Shown here: positions 1 to 12,765 of the stretch, piece by piece
How positions within the stretch are numbered: position 1 is the stretch's first letter
Layout of the letters: every line of letters begins with the position of its first letter
From: Octopus vulgaris
Taxonomy: Eukaryota
Assembly: GCA_951406725.2 (NCBI GenBank)
Contig: OX597834.1
Coordinates: 4,960,001-5,024,000, forward strand
Direction: 5' to 3'
Length of the DNA: 64,000 bases
Notes under the pieces: generated by a model
What the model was told of the DNA's origin: nothing
Seen by the model: only the letters and a program-made list of their open reading frames with translations
The model's database searches: none
Made by a program: the position numbers and the translations under genes

Positions 1-1256
1 TTTTGTGAAATAGTAAATGATTCGTATAAGAATGGAAATAATTAAGATATAAAACATGAAAACGAACAAAAATAAACATTTACAATTACGAAATAAAAAA
101 GCTCTCGTATTTACAGTTAACACAAGAACAAGTAGATTGTACATAAAGTTAACACGAAACAAAATAAAAGGAAAATATAGCTGTGTTGCAACAAAACAGA
201 TTAAAGTAAAAAATTAAGTCCCGGATGTTTAGTTATTGTTTGAAATGAAAATATATCTGAAAAAGAGACCTAAGGTAAAAACAAAAGAACATTATGCATT
301 TTTCTCTTCCTTTTTTTTCCATTTAGTGCTAAATAAAACAAAAGCAAATATTTATTTTGAATTATTAAGTTACATCCTGAGGTTATAGAAAGAATTGGTA
401 TTTCCAGTATGTTCTTCTTATAACTGTCACAATTGTGTACGAAAATAAGTGGCACCACTAATACTGTCGCACCTACAAAAAAAAATCAAATATTTTCGTA
501 AGTATTGACAAAAATTTGGCGTACAGTTGATTCCATAGAGTGCCGCTCAAAATAGCTTATAAAATAACTTAGGATATCAGTTCAATTCTGTAAGGCGTTG
601 ATATTCATTTCACTTTCACTTTCCCCCTGTTCATCAAACAAAGCCTGGTTAGGGGTTGTTTGTTTCCGGATCGACTTTCATTAAATAGAAACGACCAAAT
701 CCCTTCAGATTTCTTCAATGACCCTGTTTTGTGGAGGGTGAAGAGTGGTACAGCCTTTAGAACGCAATATCTAGTGCCAGCTCCTTTTATATTACAGTGG
801 AGAGAGACTTCAGAAGAATTAGATTGCTTGTCGCAACAGGTCGTTAAATATGCAGTGATCTGGGTCCTTCCTTTGTAATCGAATCTTCATAGAATCCACA
901 TTTTCAGAAATGAATCAAATCAAAGTTTGCACTTTTTGCCAAATGTAGGCATTATTGTTCTATGGCAATCAAGTAAATATTGTAGGATATTTTTTTACAT
1001 TCACCTATAAGATATTGTTAGTAAATATAAAAGTACTTTAAATTCTTCTTAATTTCAAGTTCTCTATTTTCCAGAAGCCTGGCTTCTGAATTTATTCCCA
1101 CCCATCCGTACGTTTTGTTGTGATGTCCATGTCTAGATAGTACCATTTCAGTGCAAGCTAGAGAGTTAAGAAGTAACATTTTCTTGCCACTCGCAATGCA
1201 GAAATGAAATTTTCTTCCCTTATAATGGTGAAACATATCCGTTGTAATCCTTATAT

Positions 1257-1469
1257 AAAATGTGACCGCGTGTGTACCGTTGGCGATTTTTTTCCTCCGT
1301 CTTTCCTTCCCTAGATCTTTCCTTTTCCTATGTTTCTGATGAAGGGCTCCGCTCGAAACGTTAAACCCTCCTTCTTCCCTTCCTTCCTGAGCGTCCAATA
1401 ATACTATATTTGTTCCACATCCTCGCGCTGTTGTGTTTTCTCTTTGTGTTTTCATGTTTGGATTAACTT
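1257..1469 (+). mobile_element. ~210-bp non-coding hammerhead-bearing repeat, family A copy 1 (Penelope pLTR-like)
   Basis: Near-identical copies at 18133-18342 (-) and 35281-35490 (+), all starting tgtgaccgcgtgtgtaccgttggcgat and ending ttggatta followed by (TA)n; central hammerhead motif. Confidence 0.8.
1332..1366 (+). ncRNA. Minimal type I hammerhead ribozyme motif
   Basis: gttt-CTGATGA-a-GGGC tcc GCTC-GAAA-cg-TT-aaac: intact core, stem I gttt/aaac, palindromic stem III ACGT, GUU cleavage triplet. Confidence 0.75.
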
Positions 1470-2158
1470 TATATATATACACACAGATAGATAGATTGAT
1501 AGATAGATAGATAGATACAAATGTTCGATTTTTGTATTAGATATTTTGGAGGATATCGCATTAACCACACACGAAAATATACACGTATTCTTATCCAGTA
1601 TAATCATATGCTGAAAAGTGGCATGTTTTCTTCTATTGAATAAAGGTATTAGATAGTCGTAATCGCGTGTCGGATTCAGATTTATTGCACTTCGTTTGTT
1701 GTTGTGATACCGAGAAAGAAGAAGAATGAAAATATTTCTATTTTTCAACATGGGAAACTTATGTTCATCTAGATATTTGTTTGACAAGCGTTAAGAAACA
1801 TACGTCAATGTATCCAAGTAAATTTATGATTTGTAAAAATATTGCTATCGCCGGAGGATAGTATGGTGGAAAATGAAAACATTTGAAGTATTAAACACTT
1901 CACTGTTAGTAGTGTTTGATGGGAATGTATGGCTATACCCTACAAGTAACATCTTGTTTTCACAACACAGAAAATTTGTAGCTAAATTCTTCTATCTTTA
2001 GAAAAGGCAATCAGAAATGAATATTGTTAATCACATCTCGAAAGTAAATTGTGTCAGTTTATATTTCTCTTCTTTCTTTGATCTCTCTTTCAGTATCCGT
2101 CTTCTATATTTTTTCGATATACATGATTATACACATACAGACATATATGTATATGTAT

Positions 2159-2205
2159 CGGTGCCCCAGCATGGCCACAGCTTGTGAGCTGAAACTAAAT
2201 AAAAA

Positions 2206-2207
<2 letters not shown>
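2159..2207 (+). mobile_element. Extremely 5'-truncated CR1-group LINE 3' tail
   Basis: ggtgccccagcatggccacagcttgtgagctgaaac matches the 3' UTR of the LINE at 17950-17990. Confidence 0.6.
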
Positions 2208-2238
<31 letters not shown>

Positions 2239-2310
2239 CATAAATAGATAGATATACATATATACATATACATACATACATAGATATATATATGAATATA
2301 TATATATATA

Positions 2311-2490
2311 CTTTATTTAAAAGCAGCAGAAATTCAACAAACGTGAAACTCCGAGTAACGAACGTGAATGTGAAACTCCGAATAACAGGTTTTGTTGAAT
2401 TTCTGCTGCTTTTAAATAAAGCATATTACTCTACCCCTGGTATTTGAGTACTCTTCTTTCCACCTTGTTTCTCATTTATGTGTTTACTCC

Positions 2491-2492
<2 letters not shown>
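2311..2492 (+). mobile_element. Penelope pLTR-like fragment with inverted terminal piece, inside (TA)n
   Basis: Inverted arms 2311-2341 and 2391-2421; hammerhead 3' half (GAAACTCCGAGTAAC) appears twice in the spacer; second copy at 18423-18532 (-). Confidence 0.6.
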
Positions 2493-2555
<63 letters not shown>

Positions 2556-2585
2556 ACATAGATAGATAGATATACATATATACAT

Positions 2586-2654
<69 letters not shown>

Positions 2655-2666
2655 AATATATAAAGG

Positions 2667-2939
2667 AAAAAGCAACAAGAATGGATCAATATTTCGGTAC
2701 AATTGTTTCGTACGAAGACAGCTTTATTAAGGCTACAAATATTTGTAGCCTTAATAAAGCTGTCTTCGTACGAAACAATTGTACCGAAATATTGATCCAT
2801 TCTTGTTGCTTTTTTCTTATTTATAATCACCCCGCATTATCTTATGGTTAACACCATATAGATTTCTGGTGCATCTAAGTTAAGTACCGCATTCATGTGA
2901 ATTCAACAGAACTCACTTGAATCTTAATTGCTTTTACTG
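2667..2939 (+). repeat. 148-bp perfect palindrome (2667-2814) plus pLTR-like extension
   Basis: 74-bp arms are exact reverse complements, centred at 2740/2741; each arm carries the hammerhead 3' half gtac-GAAA-CAATTG-TA-ccga; (TA)n on both flanks. Confidence 0.9.
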
Positions 2940-3167
2940 TATATATATATATATATATATATATATGAATATATAAATAAGCATAGAACGTCACTACCCA
3001 CTGCAAATATGAAAGAGAAAGTTCATTGTTTGCCACAGAAATAATTTATTTATTGCAAAAGAGATAGGATGAGGCACCTGTTTGCGTTTAGCGGATCCTT
3101 GTCTTCCTACTATTTATAACCGATTCCGAGGAAACACAAGCTCAATACACGCAGAGAATCACACACA

Positions 3168-3220
<53 letters not shown>

Positions 3221-3708
3221 ACACACACGTACTGCTTGGGTATATATTCTGTGTACGTGTATGTTTTTAGGCGCCCGTGTTTGCGCACTTTTGTATCTGT
3301 GTTTAACATACACATACAAAATGAAGAACAACGAGTGTTGATCAAGTTTTACTTTCGAGAACAATCGGGATTCCCCATAGCACTTATTGAAGCTTTTACT
3401 CGCGTTATCGTTTTCTGTTTTTTTTTTTTTCACTTATCTTTTTGCATTGCAACTTTTATCATCTTGCATGGATTTATCGAACTGTAACGTTTAACCTTTT
3501 CAAATGCACAAATGCTGCTGGCGTTATATAGCGACATATGCAGTAGAAGATTCAATCATATATGTATACACATGTTGGGGTCTGTATGTATATGTAGATG
3601 TATATATAAATATATATATATATACTTACACGCGCGCACATACACATATGCAATATGTAATATGTATATACACACACCCATATATATGTATATATCTTAT
3701 ATATATAC

Positions 3709-3753
<45 letters not shown>

Positions 3754-3863
3754 TATATGCACATATATAAATATACGCTATATTGATTGTTTGAGATTTT
3801 TTTGTTGGTGCCAATGTCTGTGTATCTACGAGTAAACACAGTGCGTGTATGTATTTATGTACG

Positions 3864-3907
<44 letters not shown>

Positions 3908-4801
3908 GTAAGCGTATGTATATTTGTTTATGTATAAATGTATGTGTGTGTGTGCGTATGTGTATGCGTCTTTACACGATTGTATGTGTGCATTCATATT
4001 ACAACTTTGACATTAAACACTCTTGTCAATATACGAATACACTGCATTTCAATGCCGCTCTTAACACCCTCTTATGGTGTCTTATGCATTGAATAATTGC
4101 AACACTAAGTCTTATTGCAATCTAACCATAGATAGAAGCGTCAGTAAATAATGATATCTCTCGTATATAACAATTTTCATCCCTAAACCTGTATTCAATG
4201 GGTTAACGCTTCTGTTACTTAGACCGTTCAAGTGATAAAGCAACGACTCTTCTTTTATATAAATCTGATAACTACATGTCCTGTAGCATATCATTTAATC
4301 CCTATAAAGTAATTATATAAAGCATACCTCTGATATAGCTGATAATATCTGCGACTACCACTACGTATAAATATTATGAAGCTCTAACGGGGATACATTG
4401 GCAGCACAAATAATGGCTCTATAGTATATGCCTGTTACGAAGAGTATTCAGTTGCTAAAAGGAGACAAGTAAATTGCAAAGCATAGAAAGAAATGTTATA
4501 TTTTGGAGAAAGCATGTATGTTTGTCTTTTCAGGTGTTAGTGACCGGTTCAGCATAACATTATTATTACATGATGATATGGGATCTTATATCTTATAAGC
4601 ACCCGACACATGAAGCACACAAAGCGAGTTCGAATTCATTTCTTTAGCATTGCCAGCATTAACTATTTATGCTCAGAATTGTAATGACTTTCTGCTAAAC
4701 TCGCTCAGTCATACAAGAAGTAGTCGAATAAGCTTCGGAAATATTGCAGTGTAACATGTATCTATCTTTTTCCAAACAGAAATATTTGAAAGCTAAGTAA
4801 T

Positions 4802-5025
4802 GCGGCGAGCTGGCAGAATCATTAGCACGTCGTGCAAAATGCTCAGCGGTGTTTCGTCTGTATTTACGTTCGGAGTTCAAATTCCTCCGAGATCGACCTC
4901 GCCTTTCATCTTTTAAGGGTCGATAAATGGGTCGATATAATTAGTACCACTTGAGCACTGGGTCGATATAACCGACTTCCTCTGTCTCCCTGTAACTACC
5001 GGCCTTGTGCTAAAATTTGAAACCG
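4802..5025 (+). mobile_element. tRNA-derived SINE with Meta-like central domain (tail type A)
   Basis: Head gagctggcagaatc, B-box-like gagttcaaattcc, body gcctttcatc...ggtcgataaat...gtacc; more than 12 related copies in the window. Confidence 0.8.
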
Positions 5026-5523
5026 ATATTTCAAATCCAAGTGTCTTCTGCAACGAGAAAGTAAAATATTTCAAAATCTAAGTTCATTTACATTAATCTA
5101 CATACTCTTGAAGTGCCAGATGTAGACTGGCACCGTTGCAATTGTTATCATTCTCAAATATTTATTTATCGATAAGAGTCTATGTCTTTAAATAATTTGG
5201 CTGGTCGCAATATTCTGCCTCAAATAGCTGCCTATAAAATGTTTTACCACAGAATATATCTACGGGAGATTTCTAAATTTATAAGAATTAAATATGATCC
5301 AAATACTTGCTATACAAACCCATACAGAAAAGATGCACATATCCATCTATCTATCTGTCTGTCCGTCTGTATGTATGTCTATACATAGATGTACACATTA
5401 TCACACACACATATACGTTTGCATATATATATATTTATATATATATACATATATATATACATATATATATATATGTAGATGTGTATGTATATATATAGAT
5501 ATATATACATACATGTATATATA

Positions 5524-6445
5524 TCAGGTCATCCATTAAGTTCTGTCCGACTTTACCTTTTTAAAATTGAATGAAATTAAATTTAAACTAATTAAGTATT
5601 ATTTTACAGAATAATAGAATTAAAATTTCTTTGATTAAAACACTTTCTAACAAGAAAGTATCCAAAGAGCATTTCAGGCACATAATGCTTTATGAGTACA
5701 AAAAAGGAAACTTTGCAGCCGAAGCGACTCGAAACAAACATTCAGTTTATGGGAAAGAATGCTTGAGTGAAAGAACTTGCAGAAGATGGTTTGCAAAATT
5801 CAGAATTGGAGATTTCAGATTTGAAGATAAAGATCGAACATGACATGCAGTTGAGTTTGATGATAAACTCCTTAAGACATTACTTGAAGAAAATCCTGCA
5901 TTATCAGTTGAAGACTTGGCAATAAAGCTTAGATTAAATCATACGACTGTTCATCGTCATCTTCAACAACTTGGAAAGGTTCCTAAACTTGGAAAATGAG
6001 TGCCTCATGAATTGGCCGAAAGCAACCTCAAGTCCCGTGTTGACATCTGCTCTTCTCTCCATTCTTGCGCACTCTTTTCACCCTTTTTAGATAGACTCGT
6101 GACTGGTCACGAAAAATGGATCTTCTAGTGAAAAGTTAAACGTAGTAAACAGTGGCTTGGTAAAAGGGAAAAAGCTCAACCACAACCGAGACGGGAACTT
6201 CATGAGAAAAAGGCTCGTCTCTCTAACTGGTTGGATTGCAAAGGAAAAATTCCCTTTGACTAAGGCAACAATCAATGCTCAAGTCTACTGTCAGCAATTA
6301 GAGCGTTTGAAGAAAAAAGACCCGCTTCAGTGAATCGAAAAGGTGTGATGTTTCACCAGGACAATATGCGACCCCACACTGAAAAGATCACATCACAAAA
6401 GATCGAAGAGCTTGTTTGGGGAAACATTCCTCAACCATATGCAAG
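5524..6445 (+). mobile_element. Degenerate mariner (SETMAR/Mos1-type) transposase, 3'-truncated
   Basis: KEHFRHIMLYEYKKG...RRWFAKFR HTH, GK*VPHEL (WVPHEL), LVTGHEKWI (VTGDEKW), FHQDNMRPH; several stops and frameshifts; probable left TIR after TA at 5524. Confidence 0.92.
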
Positions 6446-6824
6446 TAGTATGTATGTACGGGCGTACATCTGTATATATGTATGTGTATGTGTGTCTGTG
6501 TGTGTGAGTATTCTCAAGATTTGGAAATAGGAAATCCATCCTTTACATGTCGATATAACATGTAAATGTTTTTATTTTCTATTAGCAAATGAAACACGTG
6601 TAATGGAGAATAAAAACACCAAAAATATTCCATTTTGCTGCTTTGTTATTCAAGATCTCTGCAAATAATATTTTCCCAATTCTCAATTTTAATGGGAGTC
6701 TTGATTTGCATTCAACTCCATATATGGCACATATTGACTATGATAATGGAATAAGCAGATATACTTCAAGAGGAAACAGCTGGGATTTATCCTAACTACC
6801 TATATGTATATATATATATATATA

Positions 6825-7168
6825 CTTGTCCCGTGGCGTTTTTTTATGCCGGCGAAGGACTGTGGCTGCGCAGTAGATTTTGAAAAAGGTAGGACGTATA
6901 AACACTGGACAAGTAGTTTTGATCGTCCCGTGTGAATACGTTTAACCCTAGGTAATCCTGCTGAAGAAGATTGCACCTAGCGAGTTCTTTGACTCGCTAA
7001 ACTAAAATCAGAACCAATTTGTCCAGGAAACTAGATGGTAAAATGTTTTTCATTTTTCAATTCATTGCTGTCGAATTTTATCCCTAATTTTTGTGGTAAT
7101 AGGACCTAGCTGTTCTTTCTAGCATGTTGAATTCCTATAAGTGAACTCCTTATGTGTTTAAATATACA

Positions 7169-7170
<2 letters not shown>
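6825..7170 (+). mobile_element. Solo pLTR-like element with degenerate hammerhead (6957-7027)
   Basis: cctg-CTGAAGA-a-GATT...(tagcgagt/actcgcta hairpin)...AATC-a-GAAc-caattt-GTC-cagg; (TA)n on both sides. Confidence 0.6.
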
Positions 7171-7207
<37 letters not shown>

Positions 7208-7753
7208 ATTTCGGGACAGTCATTTTTCTTTTTCTCAAACACACCCATTATATATTGGCAATAGCAGCAGCATGACCATGATAGCAATACCGTGGGCGAA
7301 CACACGTACACAGTGACATACAGGAACTGTACCATAAATTTTTTTCGGAACTTAGGATAACAGCAGCGTTATGGGGTAAGACGATGGGGCTGAGAAGATA
7401 TCCACACTGCTCCTAAAATCTAAGACACACACGCGCATCTACACACATATACTCACACGCGTGCACACATAACAATACACATCTTAGAAGAAGAGAATGG
7501 AGTAAGTGGAGCAAGAACACATACGAAAACGAAAAGTGTAGCTGAAGAGGTCACAAATGTGTGACGAAAGATTTCCGCCCAATGAACAGGAGTTAAAATA
7601 ATAAAATAAGAACAGTAATAAACGAGTGAAGAAAAAATATATATAATACTTGTGTTTATTTTTGAAAAAAAAATGGCCACCCTGAAATACAACAATATGT
7701 TTCAACACACGATCTCACATCTTAGGAATCTTGCAAAACGAAGTGACAAACGC

Positions 7754-7825
<72 letters not shown>

Positions 7826-8703
7826 TTCAATATTTTAGATTGGGTGAGTTGCACGAAGAGAAAATATTATGTTTAAGTGGTCATGTTTCGTCTTTTGGGG
7901 AATTTTTCAAAGAATCCTCAATCGATGAATAGCCCCATCTACCTCAAGTAAAATATCTAATCTAATCTTACGTGTAAGCATTCAAAGACTTCTTTCACAT
8001 GTGGCCGAATTAATTTATGATGGTGACCATAATTCATTACATACCATTTATAAATATTTTGTGTTATGTTTTCTCCAGAAGATATAGCGAAGTCGGTTTG
8101 AAATCCTGAGAATATAATACCTCAGTTTGATAATAATAAAAGAATTTGAAATTATAGGTGATGTAATTTCTTTCAATTGTTGTTAATAACCATTGATTTC
8201 AGGATAAATTATGTCCCTTGAGCTTAATAGATTTATGATTTAGACGGATATATTCAGAAGTAATTATTGTTGTATATTGTCACAGTTGGAAATCATGCGA
8301 TAGTATATATCTTGATTTAAGAAAACGGGAGGGATTTGGAGCTATGTCTAATATATTGAGTTGTAAGAAATTACTAACATTGTAATTCCCAAAGATAATT
8401 GAGGTAAAACGATATCTCACATTTGCAATGTATAAAGTGAAGCTTATACCGTTCTGATACGCTAAGAAAGAAAATGTAAATATCTAAGTTGTACAAGATT
8501 AACTGCCTTACAAATACTAAGAATTCCAGTATATTTATCTCTGCATCCTCCACACACACAAGCACACCCCCACACAAATACATACATACATATATACATA
8601 CATACATACATACATACACATATATATATATGTGTGTGTGTGTGTATATATACTTATATATATATGTATATACATAAATATATCTCTCTATATATATGTA
8701 CTT

Positions 8704-8743
<40 letters not shown>

Positions 8744-8744
<1 letters not shown>

Positions 8745-10140
8745 AGATATTAAGAAATGGAGTTAAAGTCGGGTGTTATTCATATCTTTACACTTCCGAC
8801 ATATGTTTCGAAGAAAATATTGATATTATTCTGGAAGGAATAAAAATGATGTAATACAATGCAATCATCTAATCAGTGGAAAAAAGGGAAACAAAATATG
8901 TCAATAAAACATTTTAACCGAATGTGATTACTGCATATATGATTAAGGGGAACGCTGGCAAGTTATTTAAAAAAAACCGTTAATAGATTTAAATACAAAG
9001 GCAATTTAGAGAAAGAGAAGGAGGAGAAATAAAGAAATTAAGAGAAAATTAAGAGTGGAGAAAATGAATAGGAATAAAGTTTAAAATTGTGGAAATATAT
9101 ATATGTAGTGGAAATGAAATGTAAGAAGACAGTCAAAGGTCGAATTTTATAGATTGGTAGAAATATCTTATAGGAACTAAAGGTACGTTTTAGCAATGTT
9201 TGCAGCAATAAACGCGTTCGTTAAACGTGTTTACAAGAGAATTCTCCGAGAACAGCATGAGATATTGCTCTTCGTTACAGAGCAGACAAAAAGATTTACC
9301 TTTATCATATGTAAATGATCTAGATATGATATTCCATTCCAAATCAAATTGATTATTATGTTCCTTTAGAGACCAAATTAATGTACTAAGCCCAGTACTG
9401 TTGCGTTTATTAATACATCTAAATGTAGAGTAATGGTTAGATATTCTTTTCGACAAGAGAGATGAAGAACTATCTATGTAAAAAAAAGTCATCAGAACTG
9501 GAAGTAACTTTATATTGATAACCAGAGTTTCTAGTCTTAGAATTACTGCTAAGGAAACGAATGCGATTCGAATTTGTATCAGAAATACTAATATTGTTGT
9601 TATTATTGTTTAAAGAATGGTTAGTGTTAATAATATCAATGTTATTAGTTTTAGTAAGTGGATTTGTATTTAACAACTTATTGTTAAAGAGAAGAGATGA
9701 TTTGTGAAAGATTTTCAGTGTTTGAAAACCCCGTTCTAATTCGATGTGAATTGGTAATGGAATGGTGTCTTGAATTTTTTGGAAACTATAGTTTCATGAA
9801 ACTGGTAAGGGAGGCTGGATTTGATCTGCTTAGCATATGGAATTATCAACCAAACAGTTTTACTTGGACATAGCTTGGTATTAGGGTAAATATCTTTAAA
9901 AGTCCTAGATTTACTTTTATTACGTATAAAGGGACTTAAAGAACGGTTATCTTCCTTACGCTGCAAAGTTACATTTTTCGATTTAATATTGTTATTCGAA
10001 CTAAAATTTATATTGTTATTACCGTTATGACGTGTTTTATGTCCTAATTAATAGAGATAGAATTAATGTCAATAGGGTAGCATGTCCTGATTAATAGAGG
10101 TAGAATTAATTAATACAGGTAGAATTAATGTCAGTAGGTA
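8744..10140 (-). mobile_element. Degenerate 5'-truncated Penelope-like element (linker + GIY-YIG endonuclease + pLTR)
   Basis: 9190-9500 reads YQYKV...FFYIDSS...KRISNHYSTF...TGLSTLIWSLKE...EWNII...CLLCNEE...CKH, homologous to the 27.3-27.9 kb ORF; linker VWLIIPY at ~9850; pLTR with hammerhead relic at 8794-8881, also seen at 35640-35850. Confidence 0.85.
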
Positions 10141-10639
10141 ATTTTATTTTCCACAACACAAAGTGCATCGTGATTAAGGACTAGTTCAAACTATGCGTAT
10201 GAATAAGACATCATTTTTTTTCTACCTACTTCACAAAAATTGTTTTGAGGGAACTTAAAGCTTCAGATGAATATCTCGCTTCACTGGTTGCCTCATAATC
10301 GTTATATATTCTGATGACCTGAACCTAATGGCCATGTTCTGTCAGAGATTGTTAGTGTACACCTGGCAGACGAAACAAGTAAAAATTGGTCATGAAAATA
10401 TATAGGCATTGTTACACAGCATTGAATTGATCGCACTGTTGATTCTAAAACTAGAACTCTTTACTGAATTTAATTTTTGCTGGTATAATACAGAATCGCA
10501 CAAGGAAATTTCTTAAACATTTCAAAGAAAGGAAACGCTGTCTGAACAATTGAGAAAAAGATAATGCGGGACCCAATATCTTATGATATTCGAACACAAT
10601 TAGTATGTAAATTGCTGCGATTTACTAGGGCAATATTAT

Positions 10640-10807
10640 CACTGGTAAAATTTCCACTTTTTTCTTATTTTTATTGTCCTAAAAGTTTCGTTGTGCCTTG
10701 CAACCTTTTCAATAGTTTTGACTCTTGAAAACTATTGAAAAGGTTGCAAGACGAAATGAAATGTTTAGGAAAATAAAAATAAGAAAAAAGTGGAAATTTT
10801 ACCGGTG
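10640..10807. repeat. ~168-bp imperfect palindrome (foldback)
   Basis: cactggtaaaatttccac...cttgcaaccttttcaatagtttt pairs with aaaactattgaaaaggttgcaag...gtggaaattttaccggtg. Confidence 0.85.
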
Positions 10808-11957
10808 AGTGTGTTAGATTATAAGGCACAAAAAGAAAATGACTCTCCCCAGACACAACAGAATATGCTTCAACACACGAACTCATATAAAGAATCTTGC
10901 AAACCAAATCCAAAAACGAAATAGTTTGATCGTCATTCTAAGAAATGATAATCTGAAAACTAAATTGCAAATAGACAGTTTTATTATTCAGCCAAATAAA
11001 AGGAGAAGTTACCTTCGTGCTGCGTCGAACCCCTTGAAACGAAAGGTATGTTCCAGCGATACAGTTTCAGTGTTTCGGTAACATTCATTTATTAAGCTGA
11101 CCACTGTTAGGGAAGTACAGAGCGCATGTGCATTATAACCCAAACCTTAATCTTCTGGTGTGTGAAAGCAAATTTATGCGAGTCTGATTTGTTAGGGCAT
11201 GATGAAAATTAACCGGTGTCTTCATTAAACTATATAATAATGTTTATTATGAAAAGCAATTTACAAAACAACCCTGATAAAATGTGATAGGAAGTGAAAC
11301 AAACAAATATGAAGGCTTATTGTCAGCTGGTGATGAAGATGTTTCCTATTATTTTTACCTTTCGAAGCTGATGTATTTATCGATATAACACTGATATTTT
11401 CTTCCAGAATTTCGTCTTTATCTGTGCGAAAATTTTGAAAAATCGATACGGCTTCGCAACATAAATATTTTTGACAGTCAATTACCCTGTTATTTTGCCT
11501 CTGCCATATGATAATGCCAATTGACCAGAGGGGATTACGTGTTTTTCTACGACTAGATGTTAACACTGATTTTCGCTGTTTGTTTCTCTTTTCCTGATCA
11601 ATAGATAACGTTCTTACAATCAAGAAAGAAAATAAGTTTCTGAAGTAATAAAGAAAATAATAAAGAAAAATAAACTACTAATATTCGTCAATACATTTCT
11701 AACGTTTAGGGAATGGAGCTGTCGTAAAGAAAAAAAGAGAGAGAACAGCAAAGATTATTTACGTGTAGTTGTTTAGTACTTCAATATTTTCCTATCAAGT
11801 TGACCTTCATATTATATTATTCCGTGACTTATAAAACAGTACCAGTATTTAGATTACTTTCACCCGTTATACTGGCTCGTCTATTATATATTGAATCTGG
11901 AAAAATATAAATTTGTCTTCAGAATGATTTCAGCTTAGAGTGCGAAGGACCACATGA

Positions 11958-12765
11958 AATAGTGCAAAATATTCAATCTGCCTCTATAACGACTGTCGAT
12001 TTATCGCGTAGTTTATTTCATTTTCATGTATATTTATTTATTTATTTATTTATTTATTTATTTTATTATGCCTCTTTGTAAGTGAACAGCCGAATTATAT
12101 GTTACATCCTTTCAACCGACTGCTCACGGCAGTCCTTATAGAGGCAGATTGAATATTTTGCATTGGTCATCTCGCTTCGGCCTGTCACTTGGTATTAATC
12201 ACGAAGACTCAGAGAGTGGCACTCGTATTATACTAGAGTTTATCAATATAATCCGTTCACGTCAGATACCTCTTTATTGTAACCTCATTTGCCATTCCAT
12301 GGCAATGGAAGAATGGTGACATGTGCACACCCTACCAGTTGAAAGCGCTCACTAGGTTAGAACTTTCGTCCTTGTATATGCTTTAAACCATGCAGATCAG
12401 CAGCGGAATTGAACAGCCGACGGAGAGGTCACGAACGGCAAGTAAAAAATCTGTTTAACAACGAGAAAGCCAAAGAAACAACATTCGTCTATGAAGCTGG
12501 ATCGATCAAGATGTATGGACGTATGTATGTAGATATAGAACTTTACAGATGTCGTGATACAATGGCGGAGTCGTGGGTACTAAACAAACCATAAAACCGG
12601 GTTACGAACGAAGCCAGGGAATTTTGTTCTCTAGCAACTGTTATATCAGGCATCGCTTTCTCACTCTCAACTTTACAGAAATCCTGTGACTCCGTGAGCA
12701 GTCGATTGAAAGGATGTAACAAACAATGCTATTGTTCACTTAAAAAGAGGCCAAATAAAAAAATA
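11958..12765. repeat. Two interlocked inverted repeats
   Basis: 11963-11995 pairs with 12130-12163; ~12062-12133 pairs with ~12688-12760. Confidence 0.8.

Noticed and set aside
660-1250. ORFs 660-878 (+) and 1018-1482 (-)
   Set aside because: No recognisable domain; the second is largely read-through of the family A repeat.
11359-11421. Candidate minus-strand exon (DKDEILEENISVISINTSASK); other splice-like sites near 10300, 20600 and 34450
   Set aside because: Weak splice context, no recognisable protein, no consistent exon chain.
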